Shown in pieces: positions 30,100 to 39,595 of a DNA stretch of 64,000 bases. A model generated the notes under the pieces. The model saw only the letters and a list, made by a program, of their open reading frames with translations. It was not told the origin of the DNA and did no database searches. The stretch comes from an uncultured archaeon. GTDB lineage: Archaea > Iainarchaeota > Iainarchaeia > Iainarchaeales > CAZILS01. Within the stretch, counting starts at the first letter, position 1, and the number at the start of each line of letters is the position of its first letter. The translations under genes and the position numbers were made by a program. The DNA lies in contig CAZILS010000004.1 of the NCBI GenBank assembly GCA_964540145.1, positions 605 through 64,604 of the forward strand. The letters run 5' to 3'.

Positions 30100-30150
30100 T
30101 TACATCATGCCCCACCCTGCGGATGGGGCCTCTGCCATTACATCATGCCC
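30100..30150. repeat. 13-bp duplication of the thermosome stop region around a 25-nt GC-rich spacer
   Basis: TTACATCATGCCC at 30100 and 30138. Confidence 0.7.
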
Positions 30151-31778
30151 GGGGGCATTCCGCCCATGCCCCCCGGAGGCATTTCAGGCATCTTGCCTTT
30201 TGAGGAGCCTGCGATGAGGTCGTCTATCCTCAAAATCATCTCGGAAACCTCTGCCCCGGATGTTATTGCCTGGGTTTTGACACTCAAGGGCTCAAGGACT
30301 TTCAGGGCTTTCATATCCCCAATCTTTCCATTGTAGACATCTATGCCCATTGTTTTCCCGCCCTTTGATGAGTGCTTGCTCCTCAGCCCCACGAGAGAAT
30401 CTATGGGGTCCATTCCCGCGGTTTCCGCAAGGGTTTTAGGAATTATTTCGAGGGTTTCGGCAAACGCCTCAATGGCGAGCTGCTCCCTGCCCCCAACTCC
30501 TTTCGCGAAGTCCCTGAGCTTCATGGCAACTTCTATCTCGCAGCTTCCCCCGCCCGCAAGGACCTTCCCGTCCCTTATTGCGGTTGAGGTTGCGCCGATA
30601 GCATCCACCACAGCCCTTTCAGCCTCGTCAACAACATGTTCGGAGCCGCCCCTCACAAGCAATGAAACAGCCTTGGGGTTTTTGCATCCTTCGACAAAGA
30701 CCATGTCGTCTCCTGCGACCTTCTTTTCCCTTACCTCTGCCGCATTTCCAAGGTCATCCTTGCTTATGTCGCTTACCCTTGTGACAAGCCTTGCGCCTGT
30801 TGCCCTTGCAAGGGCATCCATGTCGCTTTTCTTAACACGCCTTACCGCAAGGATATTCTCCTTTGCGAGGAAGTGCTGCGCCATATCATCGATGCCCTTC
30901 TGGCATACCAGGACATTTGCCCCGCTTGCCTTTATCGATTCCACCATGCTCCTCAACATCCCCTCTTCCTGGTCGAGGAAAGCCTGCAATTGGTCGGGCG
31001 AGGTTATCGAAATCTTTGCATCTGTCTCTGTTTCCTTTATCTCAAGAGCGGCATCGACAAGAGCAATCTTTGCATTCTTCACGGACTTTGGCATTCCGCT
31101 GTGAACAATCTCCTTATCGACAACTATGCCCTGCACGAGTTCCGAGTCGGCAACGCTTGCCCCGACCTTCTTCTCGACCTTGATGTTGTCCTTGTCGATG
31201 ACAATAGTCCCGTTTTCCTCGTCGGCAACCGAGGTAACTGCGCTGACAACAATGCCCGCGAGAACTTCCGAGGCCTCTGTCGCCTTGCCGGTCATCGAGG
31301 TAACAGCTATCTCCTTCAGCAGTTTCTTGTCCGTTATTAAGATAGGCTCCGCAATCTCCGCATAGAACTCCTTCGCCTTCTTCGCAGCCGTCCTGTAGCC
31401 GTTGATTATTATCGAAGGGTGTATATTGTCGTCGAGCATTGACTCCGACTTCTGGAGTAAGGTTCCCGCCAGCACAACCGCAGTGGTTGTCCCGTCTCCC
31501 ACTTCATCATCCTGCGTCTTCGCAACCTCGACCATCATCTTCCCTGCAGGATGCTCAATGCTCATCTCGCCCAGGATTGTCGCGCCGTCGTTGCTTATGG
31601 TTACATCGCCCAAATCATCGACAATCATCTTGTCCATGCCTTTAGGCCCTAATGTGCTCTTTACAGCGTTAGCTACCGCCTTAGCGATAAGTATATTGAT
31701 GCGCTGCGCATCCCTTCCTATTGTTCGCTTTGCCCCCTCGGGGAGAAAGACAACTTGTTGGTTTTGATTATCTGCCAT
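30138..31778 (-). CDS. ths: Thermosome (group II chaperonin) subunit
   Basis: [26 protein letters not shown]-rich tail. Confidence 0.97.
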   Translation of the reverse strand: MADNQNQQVVFLPEGAKRTIGRDAQRINILIAKAVANAVKSTLGPKGMDKMIVDDLGDVTISNDGATILGEMSIEHPAGKMMVEVAKTQDDEVGDGTTTAVVLAGTLLQKSESMLDDNIHPSIIINGYRTAAKKAKEFYAEIAEPILITDKKLLKEIAVTSMTGKATEASEVLAGIVVSAVTSVADEENGTIVIDKDNIKVEKKVGASVADSELVQGIVVDKEIVHSGMPKSVKNAKIALVDAALEIKETETDAKISITSPDQLQAFLDQEEGMLRSMVESIKASGANVLVCQKGIDDMAQHFLAKENILAVRRVKKSDMDALARATGARLVTRVSDISKDDLGNAAEVREKKVAGDDMVFVEGCKNPKAVSLLVRGGSEHVVDEAERAVVDAIGATSTAIRDGKVLAGGGSCEIEVAMKLRDFAKGVGGREQLAIEAFAETLEIIPKTLAETAGMDPIDSLVGLRSKHSSKGGKTMGIDVYNGKIGDMKALKVLEPLSVKTQAITSGAEVSEMILRIDDLIAGSSKGKMPEMPPGGMGGMPPGMM

Positions 31779-31932
31779 ATTGAATACCTCCTAAAGAATT
31801 GGAAAATTTGTCCAAACTTTTTAGACAGTTATGATATAGATGCCCCGCGAAGCCTTTATAAAAGTTATCATTTATTGATGGATGTCCAAGTAACGGGAAA
31901 CCTTTTAGTTAGTTTCCCCCCTCTAAGTAGGC

Positions 31933-32511
31933 ATGATTTCCCCTGTAAAGGAGAGGCTTGAGGCATATGCCAAAAGGCGGAAACTCGATATTGTCGAGAA
32001 GATAGGGAAGGGCTACAGCAGCGAAATCTACCTGGTGCAAAACCTTGCCAAGGAGAAACTCGCCCTGAAAATAGAGCGGCCAAAAAGCACAAGGCAGAAC
32101 ATGGCAAAAAAAGAGGCTGAAAACCTTGTCCTCGCGAACAAGGTAAATGTTGGGCCAAGGCTGGTTGATTACGACGAGAAAAACAGGATAATCTTGATGG
32201 AGTATTTTGAGGGGGAAACACTGAACAAGTTCATCTTTGCTAAGAAAGCCCCCTGCAAAAGAGTTTTCCAGAAATTCTTAAAAGAACTCTTCAGGCAGGC
32301 CGAACGCCTCGACAAGGCAGGCCTTAGCCATGGCCAGCTCGCGGGCAAGGGCACAAACATCCTTGTGAGAAAGAACCTTCCGGTGATAATCGATTTTGAG
32401 AAGGCAAGCACAAAACGCAAGTGCAACAACGCACTGCAGCTGGCCTCCCTGCTCGTTACGAATAAGAATGGCGCGATGGCAAGGAAAACCAAAAGTATTT
32501 TGGGGGGCTAG
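31933..32511 (+). CDS. Archaeal Bud32/RIO-like Ser/Thr kinase-fold protein
   Basis: IGKGYSS, ALK, MEY, HGQL..NILV, IIDFE. Confidence 0.8.
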   Translation: MISPVKERLEAYAKRRKLDIVEKIGKGYSSEIYLVQNLAKEKLALKIERPKSTRQNMAKKEAENLVLANKVNVGPRLVDYDEKNRIILMEYFEGETLNKFIFAKKAPCKRVFQKFLKELFRQAERLDKAGLSHGQLAGKGTNILVRKNLPVIIDFEKASTKRKCNNALQLASLLVTNKNGAMARKTKSILGG

Positions 32512-32831
32512 CCCTTCCCGAGCTCAAGCTCCTTATCCTGCACATATTCAATGCCAAGCCTCATTGCAATATGCGCCTTCTCGATTTCCCTGCCGAGATA
32601 GCCCGCATGCTCCGGCCTCGAGACCAAGCCCCTTTCCACAAGCTCATGCACAAGCTCAACTGTCTTGTTCCCCGAGAATGTGTGGACAAGTTCATGGCTG
32701 TTGGTGTAATACCTCACAAAAATTTTCCCGCGTTCGGGAAACGGCCTAATTGTGAAATAGCCCTTGGGGTCCTGGTTCCACTTGCGCTGTTTTTTGGAGG
32801 TGTCGATTGCGTTGTCCAATTCCCTGCTCAC
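32508..32831 (-). CDS. DUF4346-like protein
   Basis: DPKGYF, HAGYLGREI.KA, YVQD. Confidence 0.8.
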   Translation of the reverse strand: MSRELDNAIDTSKKQRKWNQDPKGYFTIRPFPERGKIFVRYYTNSHELVHTFSGNKTVELVHELVERGLVSRPEHAGYLGREIEKAHIAMRLGIEYVQDKELELGKG

Positions 32832-32867
32832 GGAACTTGCCCCTAAAAAAAGAAAAAGAGCTCGTGC

Positions 32868-33302
32868 TTAGAGCACGAACTTCCTGTCCACCTCATTAAT
32901 CAGGACGTCGCACGCAGCCTTGACCGCTTCAAGCTGCTTTATGATTCTCTCCTTCTCCTTCTCGATGTCCTGCAAATTCTCGTAGGGCTCGACAGCTTCC
33001 CTGAACATGGAGCCATCGACATAGGTGTAGGGGTGCGAATCCATCTTCGTCGCTACCCTCTCAACCATCTTGGCGAGCCAGATGTTCATCTCTGTCTTGA
33101 CCTGCCCCTTAATCTGCTTCCCCGAGGAAAGGTACTTTCTAAGCATGTTGACTATTGTGGCCCTCGGGAAAGGAAGTTTTTCGTCATCAACTTCCTCTTC
33201 CTCGGGGTCTTCCTCCCCCCCGGAATCCTCCTTCTTTGCCTGTTCGGCAAGCTCATCAGCCTGTTCATCGGCCTGCTTTTTCTCCTCTTCTTTCTCGGTC
33301 AT
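32868..33302 (-). CDS. Histone-fold protein (NF-YB/CBF-like) with acidic N-terminal tail
   Basis: LPFPRATIVNML..KQI..helix 2..YVD..F.EA then C-terminal helix. Confidence 0.65.
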   Translation of the reverse strand: MTEKEEEKKQADEQADELAEQAKKEDSGGEEDPEEEEVDDEKLPFPRATIVNMLRKYLSSGKQIKGQVKTEMNIWLAKMVERVATKMDSHPYTYVDGSMFREAVEPYENLQDIEKEKERIIKQLEAVKAACDVLINEVDRKFVL

Positions 33303-33402
33303 GCGTATATTCCTCCCTGTAAATATGCCTGATAAATAGCCTTTATTTAAGATATATACTGGGCGGCATTAAGATTTTAAAGCCCATTCCTGCGAATTTT
33401 GG

Positions 33403-33999
33403 CTATTTGCCCCGCTTCCGGCGCAGGTAATATGCGAGGCCGACCCCGTCAGCCCGCTCGAACAGAGTATACAGAACAGGCACGAAAACCGCCTTAAAGT
33501 ACGAAATAGGCTGTTTTGGAGAGTATCCCCTCAGCTTCTGCACAGCCATTATCTCGGCCAAATCCCGCTCTATCTCCGGGAGAAAGCGGAAAAGCACATA
33601 GGTTGGCAGGGTTATAACCTCGGGAACCCTTGCCCTTTCCAGGGTTTTCATGAGCGCGAATATATCTGTTGTGAACGCAAAGAACGCCGCGCTGAGGAAA
33701 ATGTTCAGCATCCTGATGTTAGAGACAAGCAGCCTTGCCCCCAAATCCAGCTCGGGGTTCGGAAGGAAAAACCAGAACGCAAGGTCCGTCACTATAAGCA
33801 TCGGCGCAAGCACAAGAAAGACTTTTTTGAATTCCCTAAACCCCGCAATAACCAGCATGGAAACAGTAACCGCCAACAGCAGCGCCTGCAGAGCTGCGTT
33901 TGTTATCAACAGTGCGGAGATTCCAACAGCCCCTAAATAGAGAAGTTTCAGCCCTTCCCCTGCGCCAGAAAAAAATCCTTCGCCATTGTACTGGAACAT
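33403..33999 (-). CDS. ecfT: ECF transporter T component
   Basis: FRFLPEI, QKLRG, FVPVL. Confidence 0.85.
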   Translation of the reverse strand: MFQYNGEGFFSGAGEGLKLLYLGAVGISALLITNAALQALLLAVTVSMLVIAGFREFKKVFLVLAPMLIVTDLAFWFFLPNPELDLGARLLVSNIRMLNIFLSAAFFAFTTDIFALMKTLERARVPEVITLPTYVLFRFLPEIERDLAEIMAVQKLRGYSPKQPISYFKAVFVPVLYTLFERADGVGLAYYLRRKRGK

Positions 34000-35120
34000 T
34001 CTTTCACCTCCCCCCTTTCGACAAGAAAAACCCTGTCGCACAACTTAACAATTTCAGGGTCGTGAGTGGCAATGACCATCGCCTGCCCTGCCCTTTCTAT
34101 GAAGCCATAAACTTTTTCCCTGTTCAAAGAGTCGAGCCAGGTTGTCGGCTCGTCAAGCAAAGCAATTGTGCCTTCCTTTATGCCCGCGACTGAAACAATT
34201 TTCTGCCTGCCCTTGCTCAACTTTGAGGGGCATTCATCCATAATCTTTTCCAGCCCAAGCTTCTTTGCGTTTGCTTCATCAACCTCTTCTCTGACAGTGT
34301 CCCTGAAAAGCAAGTGCGAGGGATTTTGCGGGGCATAGGAAAACCGCAGTTTTGAATTCACCCTTCCCACAAATTTCTCAATGCCTGCAATCGCCCTGAG
34401 CAGCGTTGTTTTCCCGCTCCCGTTCCTGCCGATAAGCGCAGCCTTCTCGCCCTGCCTAAGCCCGAGCTCAAAATTCCCGATTTCGAAACTGCCTCTCCCG
34501 ATGGAGAACCTTGAGTCGAGGACAACCGGGCCCAATTTCCTTTTTTTGGTTTTCCCCCCGGTCTTTTTTCCTTTCCCCTCCTCCCCCGGCCTCACCTTCT
34601 TCCAGCCCCTGACAAACCTCTCGTCCTTGTCAAACCACACAACAGTTTTCCCTTCCAAAGAATTTATCTCATCCCTGAATGCCCTTGCCTCACAGGGGTC
34701 AAGCAACTCAAGCGGCTCATCAAGGAGAAGGATGTCCGTCCCCTGCAGGTTTGCGAGGAGATTGACTTTCTGCTTCTCCCCCTCGCTAAGCCGGAAAACG
34801 GATTTCTTTAATAAGTGGGAGGCACTTCCCTTCTCTTCACAGTGCGAAAGCTCCTCGCTAACCGTAAGTGAAAGAAATTGCGAGGAGGGGCTCTGCAGCA
34901 CAACACCGACCTTCCCCCCGATATTGATTTTCCCGGAAACCTCGGCATCAACAATTTCGGGGATAGCGCCCGCAATAGCCAAGGCAAGCGTGCTCTTCCC
35001 GCTGCTGTTTTCCCCTATGACCGCAATCTTCTCCCCTTTCCCCGCAGAGAAGGAGAAATTATTTACCGCGGGGCTTTTGCATCCCGGAAAGGAAACAGTT
35101 ACATTCCTAAGTTCAAGCAT
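33948..35120 (-). CDS. ECF transporter ATPase, duplicated and compact
   Basis: GENSSGKS/LSEGE/LLDEP and GRNGSGKT/LSKGR/LLDEP. Confidence 0.88.
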   Translation of the reverse strand: MLELRNVTVSFPGCKSPAVNNFSFSAGKGEKIAVIGENSSGKSTLALAIAGAIPEIVDAEVSGKINIGGKVGVVLQSPSSQFLSLTVSEELSHCEEKGSASHLLKKSVFRLSEGEKQKVNLLANLQGTDILLLDEPLELLDPCEARAFRDEINSLEGKTVVWFDKDERFVRGWKKVRPGEEGKGKKTGGKTKKRKLGPVVLDSRFSIGRGSFEIGNFELGLRQGEKAALIGRNGSGKTTLLRAIAGIEKFVGRVNSKLRFSYAPQNPSHLLFRDTVREEVDEANAKKLGLEKIMDECPSKLSKGRQKIVSVAGIKEGTIALLDEPTTWLDSLNREKVYGFIERAGQAMVIATHDPEIVKLCDRVFLVERGEVKECSSTMAKDFFLAQGKG

Positions 35121-35145
35121 CTGGCCCGCCCCAACCCGCCGAAAC

Positions 35146-35682
35146 TTATCGGGACAGCCGCTCCTTCAGCCTGGTAGAGGTTACAAGGAGATATGCCCCG
35201 AAGAAGTCTATGATTGCGAGCAGGAAGTTCGGGATTATAATTATTTCAGGCGGGAACCGGGCAATTGCGTCCTCGATTGGAATGCCCCAGAACACCGGCA
35301 TCGCAAAATAGTAGTTCAGCAGGACCATCCCGACAACCCGCACAAGCGCCCCACCCACAAAAGCAATCCCGAGGTGCAGTTTGCCCATCCCGAACTTCCA
35401 GGTTACTAAACCTACTGCAAGCACAATAGGGAGTGTTGCCGCAAGCTTCATGAAGGCTCCTACCCAGCCCGAAGGGGCTATAAGGCCTATCGCAATTGCG
35501 GAAATAAAGGATGTAATAAGCCCGCCCCTCATCCCTAAAACAAAAACAGCTATAATCCAAGGAACCCCGACAATGTCAATGTCTATGACCCCGGCAAACT
35601 TGAATAACGGGGGAATTAGCTCAAGCGCAACGCTCAGCGCAGCAAGCATCGCGGCTGTTATGATAAGCTTGTTCCTGTTCAT
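35146..35682 (-). CDS. ECF transporter S component (substrate not determinable)
   Basis: AAMLAAL, IDIVGVP, GWVGAFMK, LNYYFAMP. Confidence 0.8.
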   Translation of the reverse strand: MNRNKLIITAAMLAALSVALELIPPLFKFAGVIDIDIVGVPWIIAVFVLGMRGGLITSFISAIAIGLIAPSGWVGAFMKLAATLPIVLAVGLVTWKFGMGKLHLGIAFVGGALVRVVGMVLLNYYFAMPVFWGIPIEDAIARFPPEIIIIPNFLLAIIDFFGAYLLVTSTRLKERLSR

Positions 35683-35827
35683 GAAGTAATCAGGAGGGAA
35701 TCCACTTAAAAACGTTATGATTAGCATAATTGAGTAGCCTACTGCCTACCCCGTCGCCCCTTTGCAGGGAGGCGCCCCCACATTTATATTGGTTTTGGCA
35801 CCAACATAAACATAATTCTATCAATTA

Positions 35828-36817
35828 ATGGAGGTAATATCTGTGATGAGGAAAGCAATTGCACTATTTGTCCTTTTGGGATTGGTTCTTTCCATGGGCG
35901 CAGTTTCTGCGAAGAGCGCAAGCGATTGCGTTGAGGTAAAGCGGAGCGAGTTCCTTGAGTCGAGGCACACTTTCGACATCTCAAGGGCCATGATAAAGAA
36001 TGCCCAGATGGAAGGGGTTATAGAGGCTGCGGAGGAAAACGGCGCCGATGCCTCAAGCCTGGAATCCATCAGGGATGAAGTGAACAGTAAGTTCGATAAC
36101 ATAAGCACGGAAACCCGGGCTATGTACGGCGCCACTATGGGAGAAATCAGGGGCCTGCTGCAGCAGTTCAGGGAAACAGCAAGGGCGATGGGTGAGCTTG
36201 AGGGAAAGGAAAGCGAGGTCCGGGCAAAGATAGCCGAGAACGTTGAAGGAGTACAGGCCGAGGCAGACTCTATAAAGGGAGATGCGAAAGGCAAGGCAAA
36301 GGAAATTTCTTTGGGGCTCTTCGATTTCCATGTCTGCATAGCCGAGGTAAGGATAGGCACTCTCTCCGACAGGGGCCTTGACACAGCCGAAGCAACAGCA
36401 GCGCTCGACGAGGTAACTGCGAAGAGGCCTGTCCTTGAGGCAGCGCTTGAAACAGAAGACAGGGCCGAAATCGAGGAAGCAAACAACGAGGTCAAAGGCC
36501 TTTGGAAAGAGCTTAGAACGGCTTTCGCAAACGCCGTGAAGAAGAAAGCGCAGGAGTACGAAGAGAAGGTCATGGGCCGTGCGCAGGAAGCCATTGACGG
36601 GCTGAGGGGTGCGGGCGTTGACACTACGGCATTAGAAGAAAGCTGCAACGAAATTGAGGAAAAGTTCTCCGAGATAGATGCCTTGGCTGAAGAAGGCGAC
36701 AGGGCAGGAGCCCTGGCAGCAAGGCAGGAACTCAGGACACTGCTCCAGAAAACAGCCCAGGAAATTAAGGAAACATTCTGGGGCGTTAATGGGGGCAAAG
36801 GAGGCGCATCCGAATGA
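35828..36817 (+). CDS. Secreted acidic helical-repeat protein
   Basis: Signal peptide; G.D(T/A)..L motif three times. Confidence 0.7.
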   Translation: MEVISVMRKAIALFVLLGLVLSMGAVSAKSASDCVEVKRSEFLESRHTFDISRAMIKNAQMEGVIEAAEENGADASSLESIRDEVNSKFDNISTETRAMYGATMGEIRGLLQQFRETARAMGELEGKESEVRAKIAENVEGVQAEADSIKGDAKGKAKEISLGLFDFHVCIAEVRIGTLSDRGLDTAEATAALDEVTAKRPVLEAALETEDRAEIEEANNEVKGLWKELRTAFANAVKKKAQEYEEKVMGRAQEAIDGLRGAGVDTTALEESCNEIEEKFSEIDALAEEGDRAGALAARQELRTLLQKTAQEIKETFWGVNGGKGGASE

Positions 36818-37068
36818 ACACAAAAATAATCCTAATAGCGGCAGTTTTCGTTGTCCTTGCGGTAGGGCTTAGCGGCTGTGCGAAGAAAGCAGACGATGCC
36901 GGAACAACAGCGCCTGCAACAGGCGGAACCGATGTAGGGGATGTAGGGGAAACCCCAAGCCTTGATACAGACGTTCCCGACATAACAGGGGAAACCCTGC
37001 CTGCTGAAGGCGAAATAGACAGTACAGAGGCATACGGCTCTGAAGAGTTCGAGGAAGAGGTTTGGTGA
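36814..37068 (+). CDS. Small acidic lipoprotein
   Basis: Lipobox LSGC, disordered acidic body. Confidence 0.7.
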   Translation: MNTKIILIAAVFVVLAVGLSGCAKKADDAGTTAPATGGTDVGDVGETPSLDTDVPDITGETLPAEGEIDSTEAYGSEEFEEEVW

Positions 37069-37148
37069 ACGCCAAACCCCCTTTTTCTTTTTTTCACGCC
37101 GCAGGAATCCTTATATATGGGAAAACACAATAGTTCGCCGGCGGGAAC

Positions 37149-37850
37149 ATGGATTTCTACTTGATGGTAACCGCGCTTGCAATTGCCATCAACCTATACT
37201 TTGCATTTTACCTTATCCGGAAAAACCCGCATTTCCCTCCATACCAAATCGTCTTCTTCATCATGGTGTTCGTTGCCGCCTGGAACGCAAGCAGGCTATT
37301 CAGGGGATTCTTTGTTTTGGAAACCCCTGTCTCAATCGCGCTGCTCAGGATTGAGATAATCACCATACTCCTGATTATAACCCTGTTCCTGAGGTTCAGC
37401 CAGCTGCTCACCGCAAAACAGTACCCCCTCTGGCACAACTATGCCGCCTTTGCCCTGCTGGTGCCTCTTGTGGCATTCACAAGCTTCTTCGTGAAGGGGC
37501 TTCCCACACAATACTACACAACAGTCGGTTCTGCGGGAGCCCTAATGCCCCTTTTTTACCTCTATGTCTTCGTACTCATGGTGGTTTCAATTCGGTTCCT
37601 TTTAGGGGCAAGGTCGAGCGTTGAGGGCGCGCCGAAGAGAGGCCTTGAGCTCGTGATGGTCGCATTCGGCATTCCGCTTGTTGCGGGAATAATCGACATG
37701 ATAATAATCAACATGGGCATAATCGCCCCGGTCATCGCAAGCATTGCGACCGCATTCACGGGGCCGGTGATAATCTACGCTATGCTCAAGTACCATTCGG
37801 GGAAGAAACCTAAAGAAGAGGCCCCGAAAGAAAATAAGTCGGCAATGTAA
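37149..37850 (+). CDS. Stand-alone 7TM sensor-like domain (HisKA_7TM-like)
   Basis: Seven hydrophobic segments, ends IIYAMLKY. Confidence 0.6.
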   Translation: MDFYLMVTALAIAINLYFAFYLIRKNPHFPPYQIVFFIMVFVAAWNASRLFRGFFVLETPVSIALLRIEIITILLIITLFLRFSQLLTAKQYPLWHNYAAFALLVPLVAFTSFFVKGLPTQYYTTVGSAGALMPLFYLYVFVLMVVSIRFLLGARSSVEGAPKRGLELVMVAFGIPLVAGIIDMIIINMGIIAPVIASIATAFTGPVIIYAMLKYHSGKKPKEEAPKENKSAM

Positions 37851-37967
37851 AAAAATAAAAGGAGGGACAGCTACCGCCCCTTATTTGCCAAGTATATTGC
37901 CGCCCCCCGGAATACGGCGAGCCTGAATAAGCCTTTTTTATCGGCATTTGGCAAAAAAAACGGCAAC

Positions 37968-38390
37968 CTAGGAAACATCCCTCATCCTTTCCCAGTCGCC
38001 CTTACCCAGACTTCCGTCAGCATACTGCTTCGCTATTTCCCATCCAACATAAAGCCTGTACTTTCCGCTCTGCAGGAGAATTTCTGATTTTTCCTCCCCT
38101 TTCTTTTCCAAAGTTCCAACAACCGCCTTCAGCAGGCTGACAGCAGCATTAAACTCCTCAGAGTCCCCGCCTTCAACCTCATACTCGACGGTAATAGTTG
38201 CCTCCCCAATCTCAACCCTGCCAAGTTCCATGCCTGCGCTTTCCGCAATAAGTTCCTCGAATGAAGGCTCTGTAACAACTGCGTTTGCGTCATCAATCAC
38301 AGAAGTTTCTCCCCCGGCACAGCCTTCGCAAACACAACCCGCCAGCAGCAGGATTGCGAGTATTGCCGGCGCAAAAACAAAATTTTTCAT
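37968..38390 (-). CDS. Hypothetical lipoprotein
   Basis: MKNFVFAPAILAILLLAGC lipobox. Confidence 0.65.
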   Translation of the reverse strand: MKNFVFAPAILAILLLAGCVCEGCAGGETSVIDDANAVVTEPSFEELIAESAGMELGRVEIGEATITVEYEVEGGDSEEFNAAVSLLKAVVGTLEKKGEEKSEILLQSGKYRLYVGWEIAKQYADGSLGKGDWERMRDVS

Positions 38391-38503
38391 GCTAAGAATT
38401 AGGAGGAAATTATATTTAAGTTTAGCACCTGTTTGCGAGTCCTTTTGGGACGAGCCAATCCCATACGCAGTATGGGATGCACTTATCGCGGGCATTGCGA
38501 TTG

Positions 38504-38717
38504 CCCTCAGTCCGCCCTCAAGCCGGTTTCGTCCGGCTGCACCGAGATATGTGTCCCACTTCATTTCATTCAGTGGGACGGTAATATTCCGCAATCAAAA
38601 GTACCCTCAGTCCGCCCTCAAGCCGGTTTCGTCCGGCTGCACCGAGATATGTGTCCCACTTCATTTCATTCAGTGGGACGGTAATATTCCGCAATCAAAA
38701 GTACCCTCAGTCCGCCC
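38504..38717. repeat. Exact 100-bp tandem repeat (two units plus 14 bp), each bounded by the sRNA 3' end CCCTCAGTCCGCCC
   Basis: CCCTCAG at 38504, 38604, 38704; hairpins AGCCGG/CCGGCT and GTCCCAC/GTGGGAC. Confidence 0.92.
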
Positions 38718-38774
38718 ATCTGTCGTCATCGGGGTGAATAGCCCCTCGGTTCATCGTCAGGTCATCATCGGGCA
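38702..38774 (-). ncRNA. Box C/D guide sRNA
   Basis: TGCCC-G-ATGATGA(C)-CCTGACGATGAA-CCGA(D')-GGGG..CCCC stem-ATGACGA(C')-CAGATGGGCGGA-CTGA(D)-GGGTA; both guides 12 nt; terminal stem. Confidence 0.8.
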
Positions 38775-38842
38775 CACCTATAGATGACGTAACAAAATAT
38801 ATGTATTGTGTAACTAAGAAGTGTCAGGAATAGCCGGCTTGC

Positions 38843-38904
38843 ATTTATAAATAAGCCAAATTAGGCATATATGCCTACTATTTATAAATACTTTGACTTA
38901 GTCA
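38843..38904. promoter_or_regulatory. Palindrome-rich promoter of the AbiE-like operon
   Basis: Perfect TAGGCATATATGCCTA (38862-38877) between two ATTTATAAAT boxes; TGACTTAGTCA downstream. Confidence 0.6.
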
Positions 38905-38920
38905 TATATTGGTAGTCTTA

Positions 38921-39595
38921 ATGGCCAGAACCAAAAAAAAGCGCATGTTTGCCCTTTTGCTTGACCCTGCATATAAACCAACCAGCAAATATGCCCTTGC
39001 AAAAGAAGCAGGCTGCGATTCCTCCTGGGCAATAAAACTGATAAAACAGCTTGAAAACAAGGGCATTGTAAAAAATCTTGTTGTGGAGGACGCCAAAGGC
39101 CTGTTCCGGTTATTCCACAAGTTCCACCCCAAAAAAACAACTTCCAGGAGTTATTCCATCTACTCGTTTGGCGATGTGGACAAACTGATTGGCTTATTCA
39201 AAAAATCCAACAAAGAATACGCCTTTACTACTTATATGGCGGAGAACCTCGTGCAAAAGCATTTGTTCTGCCACCGGGTTGAGGCTTACATAAAGAAAGA
39301 CGATTTGGACGAATGGCACAAGCAGTTAACTGCGATAGGAACTTACGGCGGCGGCAACGTAAGGATTATTGTTTCTTCCAATGACGAGCTTTTCAATAAG
39401 AAAAGGATATCTGACACAGTAGTTGGCCGGAAATTTTTTAGTGCGAAGAAGCCCGAACGCAAAAAAGAAAGCGAAGGCCCGTGGGTAGTTAATATCCCTC
39501 AATTGATTTCTGATTTGTATGCCGAGAGCGGGCCTGCTGCCGAAGCTGCCGACCTGCTTCTGGAAAAACTCGTGAAATCATTGAAGGAGAGATAG
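38921..39595 (+). CDS. AbiEi-like antitoxin / wHTH regulator
   Basis: SKYALAKEAGC..WA.KL..LE.KG HTH; YAFTTY.AE, QLISDLY..G..AEAA. Confidence 0.7.
   Translation: MARTKKKRMFALLLDPAYKPTSKYALAKEAGCDSSWAIKLIKQLENKGIVKNLVVEDAKGLFRLFHKFHPKKTTSRSYSIYSFGDVDKLIGLFKKSNKEYAFTTYMAENLVQKHLFCHRVEAYIKKDDLDEWHKQLTAIGTYGGGNVRIIVSSNDELFNKKRISDTVVGRKFFSAKKPERKKESEGPWVVNIPQLISDLYAESGPAAEAADLLLEKLVKSLKER

Noticed and set aside
35700..35790. Possible riboswitch upstream of the ECF S component
   Set aside because: Only a GC-rich hairpin; no TPP, FMN or cobalamin consensus seen
38518..38603. Possible hammerhead ribozyme (minus strand CTGAATGA ... CGAAAC)
   Set aside because: Core is not CUGANGA, and the two motifs lie in separate local hairpins rather than around a shared stem II
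38504..38717. Possible CRISPR array
   Set aside because: Intervening sequences are identical, the repeat is only 14 bp and no cas genes are in the window; it is a tandem duplication
38750..38772. Resemblance of plus strand to bacterial 16S GACGTCAAGTCATCATG
   Set aside because: Short imperfect match with no rRNA context; better explained as the reverse of box C and its guide
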